A stretch of DNA of 64,000 bases from Candidatus Cloacimonadales bacterium (GTDB lineage Bacteria; Cloacimonadota; Cloacimonadia; Cloacimonadales; DAONDQ01), in assembly GCA_963662275.1 (NCBI GenBank), contig OY759316.1, positions 3,008,001-3,072,000 on the forward strand, read 5' to 3'. A program made the position numbers and the translations under genes. Positions 30,180-39,745 of this stretch are shown here, in pieces. Each line of letters opens with the position of its first letter. Positions within the stretch are counted from its first letter, which is position 1. The notes beneath the pieces were generated by a model, which made no database searches, was not told the DNA's origin, and worked only from the letters and a program-made list of their open reading frames with translations.

Positions 30180-31322
30180 TTACAGTTTACCGCCATCAAA
30201 GCAATTTGCCAAAAACAACAGCGACCAAGGCGGTGATCTTGGTTTTCCGGTAATTGAAGCATGCTGTGTCATCTTTGATTTGCAATTAGGGCAGAGGTCT
30301 TTTTCAAATTTGGGAATTACAAAAGTTTTAGCTGTCTGATTCTTGTCATTAGAATCGGACTTTGCTGGGAAAAAGCTGTTGACCATCTCCCAGACAGATT
30401 TTGCCGCCGGACTGAGAAATCCGTAGTATCTGATTTTCTGAAATCCCTGCGGCAGAACATGCATCAGGAACTTATTGATAAACTCCACGGAGTCGACGCT
30501 TTTAAAGGCGAATTTAGCTGAACCTGCCGGCTTGTATTTAAAGGTTACCAGCCCGTCCTTTTCCCAAAGGATGCGATTGTTGGTGATGGCGGTCCGATAC
30601 ACATAATTGGCCAAATAAGTCAGAGCCTCCCGACCTTTTCCGACGGGTCGGGAGTCTGTGACAAACTCTTTTTGCTGCCAGACTAGCGGGGATATCCGAC
30701 CAAACAGATGCTGATTTTCCAGTCGAAGCAAATCACGGAATTTTGCCCGGTAAATCACCGAAAGAGCTTTGACCGGAATCAGGAACTTATTGCCTGCTTT
30801 TTGCCATTCCTTTCGTTCTTTATTCCAAGCTCCGCCGGGGACTATATAATGAATATGAGGATGATATTCAAGCTGCCTTGTCCAGGTATGAAGTACCCCG
30901 GTAAAGCCTGAAACGCCACCGGCATATTTGGGATCTGAAAGCAATGTCTTTAAGGCTTCAGATGATGCTTTGAACTGAAGATCATAAAGCAGTTTCTGAT
31001 TTGACAGGCATGTTTTGTGCAGTTCCCGGGGTATGGTGAAAGTTACCATGAAGTACTTAACCGGCAGCAGTTTGGCAAGCTGCTTTTCCAGCCATTTCGC
31101 TGAATCATTACGGCCACACTTCGGGCAGTGACGGTTTTTGCAGGAATGATAGGAATAATGCAGTTCCGCACATTCCTGGCATAAATAGACTTCTCCGCCC
31201 AGTTCAGGTGTCCGGCAAAGGAGAATATCTCTGATCGCTCTTAAATGGCTTTCCGGTGACTGGTTTCCATATTTTTCCAGATACTCGGACAGGTTGTTTT
31301 TGAGAATCCTGCTAAAATCCAT
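30180..31322 (-). CDS. IS91-family (Y2 HUH) transposase with zinc-binding domain
   Basis: CRT..LGG..Y.C..C, SCKNRHCPKC, LHTW...YHPHIH, YLANYVYR, HVLP.GF.KIRYYG. Confidence 0.92.
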   Translation of the reverse strand: MDFSRILKNNLSEYLEKYGNQSPESHLRAIRDILLCRTPELGGEVYLCQECAELHYSYHSCKNRHCPKCGRNDSAKWLEKQLAKLLPVKYFMVTFTIPRELHKTCLSNQKLLYDLQFKASSEALKTLLSDPKYAGGVSGFTGVLHTWTRQLEYHPHIHYIVPGGAWNKERKEWQKAGNKFLIPVKALSVIYRAKFRDLLRLENQHLFGRISPLVWQQKEFVTDSRPVGKGREALTYLANYVYRTAITNNRILWEKDGLVTFKYKPAGSAKFAFKSVDSVEFINKFLMHVLPQGFQKIRYYGFLSPAAKSVWEMVNSFFPAKSDSNDKNQTAKTFVIPKFEKDLCPNCKSKMTQHASITGKPRSPPWSLLFLANCFDGGKL

Positions 31323-32195
31323 TTACATCTTATTCATCAGTTCATTGATGATTTTACATGACTGCTCTCGGGAAACGTTAGTCAAATGCACGTATACCAT
31401 GGTCGCTCTAAGACTTTCGTGCCCGAGCAAGTCTTTGATGATGATGATACTGACACCTGCTTCCAATAAATGTGTGGCATAAGAATGTCTGAGTGTATGA
31501 CAGGTTACATGCTTAGGGATGCGTGTCTCCTTTAAGGCTGACTTCAGAGCTGACCGAAGAGTTTGGACAGAAATCTGGTTCGAGGTTGTCATTCTGTTAA
31601 TATCAGCCTGTCTGGTGCTTCTGCTCGGGAATAAAAGCTGTCTGTTCTGATGGGTTTTCCAATATTCCCGGAGTTCCTGATACAATTTTTCAGGCAGAGG
31701 TATTGACCTGTCTTTGTTGCCTTTGGATTGCCTTACCGTGATGGTCATCAATTCCCGGTTGATATCGGCTATTTTAATCTTGACTGCTTCCGAAATCCTT
31801 AATCCGCATTGATAGGTAAGAGTCAGTAAGAGTCGATAATCATAAGTATGAATGCGGGAGATAAGCATTCTAACTTCGTCTGTGGTCAGAATCACAGGAA
31901 GTTTGTGCTCAATCTTTGCCTTAAAAAAGGTAAAATCCTCTTGCCTGAAACCAACAACATGGATGAAAAAAAATCTGATGCCATAATAGGCTGATTTTAA
32001 ACTCTGAGGACTATAATTCTTGACGTTATGCAGGTAGACAAAATATGTTCTTACCTGTTCAATAGATAGTGTGCCGGGGTCTTGACCATAATATGATGCT
32101 AAAGAAGTGACTTGTCTGATGTAATTGTATTTTGTCTCTCGGGACACGCCTCGAAGATCAAGGCACTCTAAAAAGCGAACTTCGTATGATTCCAT
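31323..32195 (-). CDS. Tyrosine recombinase (phage integrase family, SAM-like N-domain)
   Basis: GLRISE, KGNKDR, HTLRHSYATHLLE, LLGH, catalytic Y in MVYVH. Confidence 0.92.
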   Translation of the reverse strand: MESYEVRFLECLDLRGVSRETKYNYIRQVTSLASYYGQDPGTLSIEQVRTYFVYLHNVKNYSPQSLKSAYYGIRFFFIHVVGFRQEDFTFFKAKIEHKLPVILTTDEVRMLISRIHTYDYRLLLTLTYQCGLRISEAVKIKIADINRELMTITVRQSKGNKDRSIPLPEKLYQELREYWKTHQNRQLLFPSRSTRQADINRMTTSNQISVQTLRSALKSALKETRIPKHVTCHTLRHSYATHLLEAGVSIIIIKDLLGHESLRATMVYVHLTNVSREQSCKIINELMNKM

Positions 32196-32342
32196 ACTTA
32201 CCTCCAGTTAATTTTGGGGGTAAGTATGCTTTTAGTGAGGGTTCAGTATATCAATAGTTTAAATGCATGAAACACGAGTTTACTGCGAACGGTACTGCTG
32301 CTTGCAGCTTCGTTCAACAGCTTACAAAGCTATGGTACAGTC

Positions 32343-32466
32343 GGTGGCTACTCCTTCAGACTGTGAAAAGTTTACTTCAGTAAACTGAGAAACACTTATG
32401 ACCCTAAAGTGTCCTTTACATAAGCAACGTAAACGAGGCTGCCACGATTCCTGAAGTAATCACCAC
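32343..32466 (-). ncRNA. Candidate structured element, copy 2
   Basis: Reverse-complement homolog of 2226-2327 with an extra internal hairpin. Confidence 0.4.
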
Positions 32467-32480
32467 ATTCGTTGCATAAG

Positions 32481-32557
32481 ATTGTATCTTGTTTTCTCCG
32501 ATGGTTTGAAACCTCGGAGTCTTCCAGAGTTGTGGGATTCAATCCCAACAACATAAC
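32481..32557. repeat. ~78-bp double-hairpin repeat, copy 2
   Basis: Direct repeat of 29792-29869. Confidence 0.8.
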
Positions 32558-32592
32558 AGCTTACAAAGCTATGGTACAAGCATTCTGTAAAA

Positions 32593-33690
32593 TCAAGGGG
32601 CAATCCTACACACTCGGAAGCCCAGAGCGGTGTCGTAGAAAGTCGCATTGATACCGCTCCGTCTTGAAAGGTGGCAATCGCCTAAATAGTAGGGAAAACT
32701 ACCACCGCGGTACACACGACCAACCCCACTGACAGCACCATGGGGATTGGTCTGTGTACCGCCAGGATAATCACCCTCGATATCCCAATTCCATTCCCAG
32801 ACGTTACCGCTCATATCAAAAAGACCCAACTCATTCGCAGTTTTTGTGCCAACTGTATGAGTCGTATTACCTGAATTCTCCCCGTACCAAGCTACTTCAT
32901 TGATATCTTCGCTACCGCTATAGGCATAATTGTGCGTCGAGTTACCACCTCGAGCTGCAAATTCCCATTCAGCTTCAGAAGGAAGTCTATAGCCATTGGC
33001 TATCCAATTACAGAATTCATTGGTATGATTGCCATCGCTTGTATTCCACCCCGAAGGCCAGGTAGCAGGATTAGTACCATAAGTAAGATAACTGTAGCAT
33101 GGGGTCAGACCTTCGTTGATGCTCCGCTTGTTGCAATACTCAATCGCATCGAACCAAGATACCTGCTCCACAGGACCATTAACTACATTCGTAAACCAGG
33201 ATGGATTACTCCCCATCACTGCTTGATATTCGGCTTGCGTTAGCTCATATCTTTCCAGATAAAAGGATGATACTGTCACATTTGAAGTGCCGTTATTGAA
33301 TGTTCCACCGGTAACCATTACAAAGTCAGAAGGTATTTCACCATCATCAGCATAGACACGATACAGATAATTATTAGCATTCAAGGTGTAGCTTTCTGCA
33401 CCTGCATTCCAGATGATATGTTTACTCGTTCCTGCAGGCAGGTCATTGCCTATATCACCGCTGAGGTTGGCAGGACTGGGGACGATGTCATAGCTGGTAC
33501 CACCATTGGCAGAGACTCTAACTGTAATGTCGCATAAGTCATTATCTGCATCTGCCAGATCATAATGGATGTCCACGATCTTACTGCCATCGGTGCGCTG
33601 GCTGGCAGTAACATTGGAAACTATTGGAGCAATGGAATATATTCGGCTGTATATTGCTATAATAGCTATTAACAGTATTATGCGTTTCAT
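32593..33690 (-). CDS. Secreted FGE-sulfatase (SUMF1/CLec-fold) domain protein, paralog B
   Basis: Signal peptide, SQRTDGSKIVDIHYDL N-domain, GYRLPSEAEWEFAARGG, DMSGNVWEW, RVYRGGSF...GFRVCR. Confidence 0.9.
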   Translation of the reverse strand: MKRIILLIAIIAIYSRIYSIAPIVSNVTASQRTDGSKIVDIHYDLADADNDLCDITVRVSANGGTSYDIVPSPANLSGDIGNDLPAGTSKHIIWNAGAESYTLNANNYLYRVYADDGEIPSDFVMVTGGTFNNGTSNVTVSSFYLERYELTQAEYQAVMGSNPSWFTNVVNGPVEQVSWFDAIEYCNKRSINEGLTPCYSYLTYGTNPATWPSGWNTSDGNHTNEFCNWIANGYRLPSEAEWEFAARGGNSTHNYAYSGSEDINEVAWYGENSGNTTHTVGTKTANELGLFDMSGNVWEWNWDIEGDYPGGTQTNPHGAVSGVGRVYRGGSFPYYLGDCHLSRRSGINATFYDTALGFRVCRIAP

Positions 33691-34460
33691 TCTGCACTTC
33701 TCTCAAGGGTCTGTAACGCATCTTTCCATAATAGTCGCTTTGTAAGAGCATTCTTTTCAAGCTCTTGAAGGCTTTCCTCACGGTAATTTTTATAGGCAAC
33801 AACTTTATAATACATTTGAGAGCGGAATTCTGCCACATCATGATGTGTATAAGTATTGGTGAAACTTCTACCGAGGAAATAATAGAACTGCGTCCCCTCA
33901 TATGGTGTTTCATTGTATAGCACGATATAGCCATCCGGCGCGATGGGAGTGCTGTAAATCGTCTGTGTGACCGGTTGCCAGGTGATAACTGCATCGAGAT
34001 TATTGGAAGTATCGATGTTTACTCCCAGGGGTGCAGAAGGTGGTACGTAGGTAATAGAAAAAGGAGAAGCAGAGGATTTTTGGGTGAAGTTGCCAAAGCT
34101 GTCACTAACCTTGATACGAACTTTGGTGTTGTAACTCTGAATGGATGGCATTGCCCAAGGGTAGCTGCCGCTATTTGTGATAGCTGACGCGATTGGTGTA
34201 TAGCTCGTTCCGCCATCCATCGTGTACCATAGATAAATGCTATTTGGGTTGAGATTGGTGTCAGTAGCAGTCCAGGTGATGTTATTAGTATCACCTATGT
34301 ACCAGGCTTCACCACCATTGGGAGCAAGAATAGTAAGAGATGGATCGACGTTATCATTTGCCACAGGTGCTGAAGTACCATATCCGATAAGCCCTGAGAG
34401 TCCGCCTGTAAGGATGAAAAACATACTGACCAGCAATAGTATTTTCATTATTACCTCCAA
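33687..34460 (-). CDS. Secreted Ig-like protein (PNGGE domain plus C-terminal FN3-like anchor-type domain)
   Basis: Signal peptide; APNGGEAW..ITW; ITWQPV...YIV....P...MYYKVVA; ATGA overlap with the FGE gene; start may be 4 codons later. Confidence 0.8.
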   Translation of the reverse strand: MEVIMKILLLVSMFFILTGGLSGLIGYGTSAPVANDNVDPSLTILAPNGGEAWYIGDTNNITWTATDTNLNPNSIYLWYTMDGGTSYTPIASAITNSGSYPWAMPSIQSYNTKVRIKVSDSFGNFTQKSSASPFSITYVPPSAPLGVNIDTSNNLDAVITWQPVTQTIYSTPIAPDGYIVLYNETPYEGTQFYYFLGRSFTNTYTHHDVAEFRSQMYYKVVAYKNYREESLQELEKNALTKRLLWKDALQTLERSAE

Positions 34461-34701
34461 TTAAGTGAAATATTATAATTACAACGCCAATAAATGAAAA
34501 TATCTAATAGAATGTCAACATCTAAAGTGCACTTCGAAGCAATCGTTGGAGTTTACAAAAAAGCTAAGGCTTTGGAGTTCAATTGCCCTAACGGATTATC
34601 AATGAATACCTGGCTAATAGGGCAAATGGACTTCAAACTGACATTTTCATCTTCGGTAGCGAAAACAAGCAATTCATTACAAGTGGGAGAACTGCCACTC
34701 A

Positions 34702-34970
34702 ATCACCGGATTAAAATCCAGTGTTAATATCTTTCTTCCCGATGGGAATCAGAAAAGAAATCCACCCTCATTCCTAAAGTGCATTACGGTATCAATACGG
34801 TAGCATTACGGTAGCATTACGGTAAAAAACCGTATTAGTACCGTAATTGTATAGTAATTGTACCACAGTATATTTAAGATTTAAGAAGGAGGATTGAAGA
34901 TTTTGCAGAGAAGAGAAGAAATGCCCCCCCTATACTTCGACTTCGCTCCCCTTCTCAAGGGGGGATGAAA
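34702..34970 (-). repeat. Composite dispersed intergenic element, inverted homolog of 660-1291
   Basis: GCATTACGGTA 11-mers, CCCCTTCTCAAGGGG hairpin, CACCGGATTAAAATCCAGTG hairpin. Confidence 0.75.
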
Positions 34971-34976
34971 TTCATT

Positions 34977-35049
34977 GTAGAGACGTGCAACTTGCGCGTC
35001 TCATTCCCCTACTCATTCAAATAGAGACGCCCAAGTTGGGCGTCTCTAC
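34977..35049. repeat. GTAG-type REP doublet of a further family
   Basis: GTAGAGACGTGCAACTTGCGCGTCTC ... GAGACGCCCAAGTTGGGCGTCTCTAC. Confidence 0.8.
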
Positions 35050-35121
35050 AAATTCTCCTTGTCACGAAAAGCCTGTTATTAAATATCAACCTATTGAAAT
35101 AACTTACAAAAAGGAATTGAT

Positions 35122-36300
35122 ATGAAAAAAGATGCAAAATTCACGACCCGACTGATTCATGCGGGTTTTCACGAAAATGAAGAACTGGCAGTAGTAACCC
35201 CGATCTATCAAACTTCCACATTTGCTTTCAAAAATGCCCAGCATGGTGCTGACCTCTTTGCCGGTGAAGGCGAAGGCTACATTTATACACGCTTGGGCAA
35301 TCCTACTATCCGTGCTTTGGAAGATGCTGTTGCTAATCTCGAAGGCGGTTTCGGCGGTATTGCTGTTGCTTCCGGAATGGCTGCAGTAACCACGATTTAT
35401 ATGGGCTTACTGGGAGCAGGAAGTCATATTGTTTCCACAGATGCTGTCTATGGTGCATCCCGAGGCGCATTGGAAAAACATTTTCCCCGTTTTGGCGTGG
35501 AAGCTACTTTTGTTGATACTTCCAATATCGCTTTGATCGAACCTGCCATCAAACCGAATACAAAGGTTCTCTTCATCGAAACGCCAGCGAATCCCACCAT
35601 TGCCATCACCGATATCGCAGCCTGTGCTGAGATCGCTCACCGTCATGGCTTGAAACTGGTTGTGGATAACACATTCTGTTCACCATATCTGCAAAGACCA
35701 CTTGAACTCGGTGCTGACATCGTTTTCCATTCCATCACTAAATTCATCAATGGTCATGCGGATGTCGTCGGTGGCATTATCGTTACTAAAACAGAAGAAG
35801 ATTACAAGTACTTATACAATGTCATGACTACCATGGGACCAAACATGGATCCGCACCAGGCGTACCTGGTCAGCCGTGGACTCAAGACTTTAGCCATCCG
35901 TATGGAAAGAGCGCAGGAAAATGCCATGAAGATCGCAGAATATCTTGAGAAACACCCCAAGATCGCTTGGGTTCGTTACCCCGGGTTAAAATCACATCCT
36001 CAATTTGAACTGGCGAAACGTCAGATGAGCGGTTCCGGCGCTATGATTTCTTTCGGTCTCAAAGGTGGCTTTGAAGCTGGCAGAATCTTGATGGATAATG
36101 TGCATATTGCTGAACTTGCAGTATCATTGGGTGGAATTGAAACTCTCATCCAGCATCCTGCTTCCATGACCCATGCGAAAGTTTCTAAAGAAGCCAAGCT
36201 CCTTGCCAATATCACAGATGATCTTGTACGTTATTCTGTCGGTATCGAAGATGCCGATGACCTGATCCAGGATTTGGATGAAGCGTTAGCGTTGATATAA
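35122..36300 (+). CDS. megL: Methionine gamma-lyase / Cys-Met metabolism PLP enzyme
   Basis: PIYQTSTFAF, YIYTRLGNPT, ETPANP, VDNTF, HSITKFINGHADV (PLP lysine), AVSLGG.ETLIQHPASMTH. Confidence 0.8.
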   Translation: MKKDAKFTTRLIHAGFHENEELAVVTPIYQTSTFAFKNAQHGADLFAGEGEGYIYTRLGNPTIRALEDAVANLEGGFGGIAVASGMAAVTTIYMGLLGAGSHIVSTDAVYGASRGALEKHFPRFGVEATFVDTSNIALIEPAIKPNTKVLFIETPANPTIAITDIAACAEIAHRHGLKLVVDNTFCSPYLQRPLELGADIVFHSITKFINGHADVVGGIIVTKTEEDYKYLYNVMTTMGPNMDPHQAYLVSRGLKTLAIRMERAQENAMKIAEYLEKHPKIAWVRYPGLKSHPQFELAKRQMSGSGAMISFGLKGGFEAGRILMDNVHIAELAVSLGGIETLIQHPASMTHAKVSKEAKLLANITDDLVRYSVGIEDADDLIQDLDEALALI

Positions 36301-36309
36301 GAACGCTGT

Positions 36310-36358
36310 CCGGAACGCCGATTTCTTATCGGCGTGCGAGGCGAATTCCTTTCGCCTC
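36310..36358 (+). repeat. Double-hairpin REP-like repeat downstream of RAYT2
   Basis: CCGGAACGCCGATTTCTTATCGGCGTGCGAGGCGAATTCCTTTCGCCTC; inverted copies at 37063-37112 and 37139-37188. Confidence 0.9.
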
Positions 36359-36412
36359 CTCCCCTCTGCAGTATGTTTTTTTTGGGGCGAATTCTTTTCG
36401 CCCCTCTTTCTT

Positions 36413-37036
36413 TTACAGCTCACAAACCCAACTCCATTTCCACTCACTAGCTTCTTTAACAAGTCCCGCCTTCACCGGATTCAACAGAATATAATTTGTA
36501 ATATTCAACATTTCAGTTTCACTTCTCGCACAATAATCATAGTATTCTCTCTGCCAAAATCTGCCTTCACTACCTATAATTCTATTAATTTCACGTGTTG
36601 TTATGCTTTTGATCTTTTTTACAATGAAAGCCATTTCATGTGGTTCACCAGATTCTCTGTTCAGGATGCGGAAAAGAATATGCACATGATTCGGCATGAT
36701 CGTATAACAGAAAAGATTATAAAGAGTGCCGTCGAATTCATGAAGAGTATCAGCGAAAATCTGAGAAATATCAGAATTTGAGAGGAAATTATTTTTAAGG
36801 TCGCTTTTACATAACAGGGAATCATAGAAGGCGAATATCTTTTTTTGGCGAACGTTTTGGTAATCTGAGCGGTCTTTGGTAGTTTTTGAGATTTGTAATT
36901 TGTAATCGTTGAATTGTCTGATTATTTCATTTGGCATTGTCTCTGATAATCTGAAAGTGAGAAAGAGTGTTGCGTCTTTGGGTTGGATATGAGGAATTCG
37001 ACGCCAGTAGTACTTGGTTTCGTCGTTATCTAACAT
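36413..37036 (-). CDS. Second REP-associated tyrosine transposase (RAYT-like)
   Basis: RRIPH, FLTFRL, IMPNHVHIL, FWQREYYD, YILLNPVKAGLV, W.WS; AAGGAG RBS before ATG 37036. Confidence 0.9.
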   Translation of the reverse strand: MLDNDETKYYWRRIPHIQPKDATLFLTFRLSETMPNEIIRQFNDYKLQISKTTKDRSDYQNVRQKKIFAFYDSLLCKSDLKNNFLSNSDISQIFADTLHEFDGTLYNLFCYTIMPNHVHILFRILNRESGEPHEMAFIVKKIKSITTREINRIIGSEGRFWQREYYDYCARSETEMLNITNYILLNPVKAGLVKEASEWKWSWVCEL

Positions 37037-37062
37037 AGTGATCTCCTTTATACCAGAAAAGA

Positions 37063-37188
37063 GAGGCGAAAGGAATTCGCCTCGCACGCCGATGAGGAAT
37101 CGGCGTTCCGGACATTTTGCATTCGATTGCAGAGAAGAGAGGCGAAAGGAATTCGCCTCGCACGCCGATGAGGAATCAGCGTTCCGGA
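37063..37188 (-). repeat. Two tandem REP-like copies (76-bp spacing) upstream of RAYT2
   Basis: GAGGCGAAAGGAATTCGCCTCGCACGCCGATGAGGAATC(G/A)GCGTTCCGGA twice. Confidence 0.9.
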
Positions 37189-37189
37189 T

Positions 37190-39745
37190 CTACATCTTTA
37201 CTATCTTCTTACATACAATTCTGTTATTAGCTGAAACACGAACTATATACACCCCTATAGCCACTTCCCTATGATTCTCATCCTTTCCATTCCACAATAC
37301 ATCTATCTGTTGAGATTTGGTTTCAGGAAAATGATAAACTTGCTGCCCTCGAATATTATAAATATCGATATTTGAAATGCCTTTATCGGAATTCGCAAGT
37401 TGAATCCTGCATTGTGAATGAAATGGATTAGGAAACACGGATAATGTAGGAAAAGGTTGAGGAATAGAAATATCTTCATTACCCACATATCCCCCATCAG
37501 AAATGACCTTGAACTCATCCAAGGCAAACATACAGCAATCATAAGAAACACATTGCACTGCAATCAAAATATCCTGACCATCATACATAGATAGGTCATA
37601 TGAATACTCTATCCAATGATCAGGAGCCTGTAGATACGGTTCATCGCTGATCATTTGAAATGAATCCGGATCTGCAAGATTTGTTGATATCCCCACTCTG
37701 AAGCGCTCAGCACCGTATTCAGTAGAAAGTGAACGCGCTTGAAAAGTGAGAATTGAACCTGTTCCCATGTGTAATTTAGGAGTAATCAGCCAATCATTGT
37801 TGGGCGGTGGGGAATCAGGAAAGACAGCCAGGTACTGTTGTCCCTCAAATGCTTCAACATCATTGAAGATTGGATTACACTCTCCTGGATTGAACACTAT
37901 GAAAGCTGAAGGTTCCTCTTCATTGGGAAAATCGGTTGTTGGCAGACCGAATGTATCATGCTGATCAATATCAAGATCGAACCAGGGGACAGATACTCTT
38001 ATAAAAGAATCGTACATTTCAAAACCATCATAAAAAAGCGGTTCTTCAGTAAACAGACAGTTCAGGCTTGTGGAGGCACTGGTTGCTGATTCCGAGCCAC
38101 TTTCATTTAAAGCAGTTATGAAATAGGAGTAATTCTGTCCCTGGACGACCGAAGCATCATTATACTCTGAGATAATGCTTGTTCCCAATAAATGATTATT
38201 CCGGTAGACCTTATATCCTGTAGGAATGTAAGAAGTAGGAGCAGTCCATTGGAGATGAATAATATTGCCTACAACCTGCGCTGAAGGATTTCCTGGAGGC
38301 TCGATTGATAAAGAACTTTCCATCATGATTCTTAAGTCATCAATAAATAGATCGCAGTCCTGGTTGGATACAGTTGATTCACCATAAAAACCAATGCGGA
38401 ATATACCTGCAGGTAATGATAGAGAGATGTTATTATCGATTGGCAGGGGATCTTCAACAGTCCATTCATGCAAGGCACTTGCTGTTGAAAGAGTTGCGTT
38501 TGTCCCTGGAAATAAAACCAGCTTAAATGAATCATCAACACCCAACTGCCCCTGGTTTGTGGAATTCCAGTTTGTTAAAAGTGCTTGAAAAGAAATGACT
38601 GCTTGTGTTCCAATCACACCGGATAGAGGGGGGGAAATCAGCCAGTGAAAGCAGTCACGTCCATATATATTCAATTTGGCTGAACCGTTGGGAGAGTTTG
38701 ACTGGTTTCCAAAACAATCCCAATTCCATCCATGTGTAGTGGGAACAAGCGATGCGTTAAGCTGATACAAACCTTCCATTCTAAGCCATTGATCAGGGGG
38801 AAAGGCATTTAAATCGTAACACTCCAGGAAAGGAATGCCCATACCAATCGTACTACCTGTCGTAAAATGCCAGATTGGACTTTCAACAGTTTGCGCACCA
38901 TAATGGGCACGGATTTGCCACCAATAAGTCGTATTCGCTAGTAAAAGATTACTACTCGACCAGCTTTCAACGGTTAATGAAGAAGCTTGCACTGACAATT
39001 GATCTGATTGTTGACCAATTAGTAAATCATAATTATCTGCACTACATGTCCATGTGAATTGAGGCAGCAATTCTACGAATTCTGCTACATTGGCAGGATA
39101 TGGATTAGATGGAGGAGGGAAATCCGTTATCATTTGCAACCTGATATTCGCAATATAGAATCTTGGATTAGAGGAATTTGCACTTGGAGGTGAAGCAGGA
39201 TCAGGATTGATTGTATCATTATGATATTCGATACTTTGAGCCCTATTCGCTTGAGAACATATGAATTTATCTGATAAGATTGTACAACCTGGTTGATTCT
39301 CATCAAAAGCAATAATCAAATTATGGATATTATCGTAATCAAAATTTGTAGTAAGAGGAATAGATACCCACCCATCTCCGGGTGGACCAATAGAAAAGTT
39401 GGATACATCCCAATTCCCATCAAATACAAGTTGCAATGAATCCAAGGGAAACCAATCTGAATTTGATTGAAAACAAGTTCGATCCGAAAGCCCCATATAT
39501 ATTTTTAATTGGTTTACATTACTCATAAAATTATTCGAAACGATATGATATGGGTAGCAAATCTGAGTTATCATGCCATTCTGATTGATTTCAGATCTAT
39601 TATAAATAACTTGTGAATAAGAATAATGATAGGGAGCATCAAACGGCAAAGGTTGATTATTTATCTGTCCCGTTCCGATACTGATAGTAATCGCACTAAT
39701 TGATAATTGAAATAAAACCAGGAAAAAAATTAAAACCCATTTCAT
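37190..39745 (-). CDS. Secreted protein with FN3 and cleaved-adhesin-like domains and FlgD-Ig/T9SS-like CTD
   Basis: Signal peptide; NDWLITP, ERFRVGIS, YSYDLS.Y.GQ.I.IA; VFPNPF...GVYIVR tail. Confidence 0.85.
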   Translation of the reverse strand: MKWVLIFFLVLFQLSISAITISIGTGQINNQPLPFDAPYHYSYSQVIYNRSEINQNGMITQICYPYHIVSNNFMSNVNQLKIYMGLSDRTCFQSNSDWFPLDSLQLVFDGNWDVSNFSIGPPGDGWVSIPLTTNFDYDNIHNLIIAFDENQPGCTILSDKFICSQANRAQSIEYHNDTINPDPASPPSANSSNPRFYIANIRLQMITDFPPPSNPYPANVAEFVELLPQFTWTCSADNYDLLIGQQSDQLSVQASSLTVESWSSSNLLLANTTYWWQIRAHYGAQTVESPIWHFTTGSTIGMGIPFLECYDLNAFPPDQWLRMEGLYQLNASLVPTTHGWNWDCFGNQSNSPNGSAKLNIYGRDCFHWLISPPLSGVIGTQAVISFQALLTNWNSTNQGQLGVDDSFKLVLFPGTNATLSTASALHEWTVEDPLPIDNNISLSLPAGIFRIGFYGESTVSNQDCDLFIDDLRIMMESSLSIEPPGNPSAQVVGNIIHLQWTAPTSYIPTGYKVYRNNHLLGTSIISEYNDASVVQGQNYSYFITALNESGSESATSASTSLNCLFTEEPLFYDGFEMYDSFIRVSVPWFDLDIDQHDTFGLPTTDFPNEEEPSAFIVFNPGECNPIFNDVEAFEGQQYLAVFPDSPPPNNDWLITPKLHMGTGSILTFQARSLSTEYGAERFRVGISTNLADPDSFQMISDEPYLQAPDHWIEYSYDLSMYDGQDILIAVQCVSYDCCMFALDEFKVISDGGYVGNEDISIPQPFPTLSVFPNPFHSQCRIQLANSDKGISNIDIYNIRGQQVYHFPETKSQQIDVLWNGKDENHREVAIGVYIVRVSANNRIVCKKIVKM

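Larger units (their letters stand above)
29907..32321 (-). mobile_element. IS91-type element carrying a tyrosine recombinase and a Y2 transposase
   Basis: Two abutting ORFs; bounded by imperfect IRs GCTGTTGAAC-AAGCT-CAAGTAGCAG / GCTGTTGAACGAAGCTGCAAGCAGCAG. Confidence 0.8.

Noticed and set aside
31323..32195. Integron integrase, XerC/D or prophage integrase
   Set aside because: No obvious IntI-specific insertion, no gene-cassette array and no phage genes; it is coupled to an IS91 transposase.
28192..34700. Complete diversity-generating retroelement
   Set aside because: No reverse transcriptase, avd or template repeat was recognised in the window.
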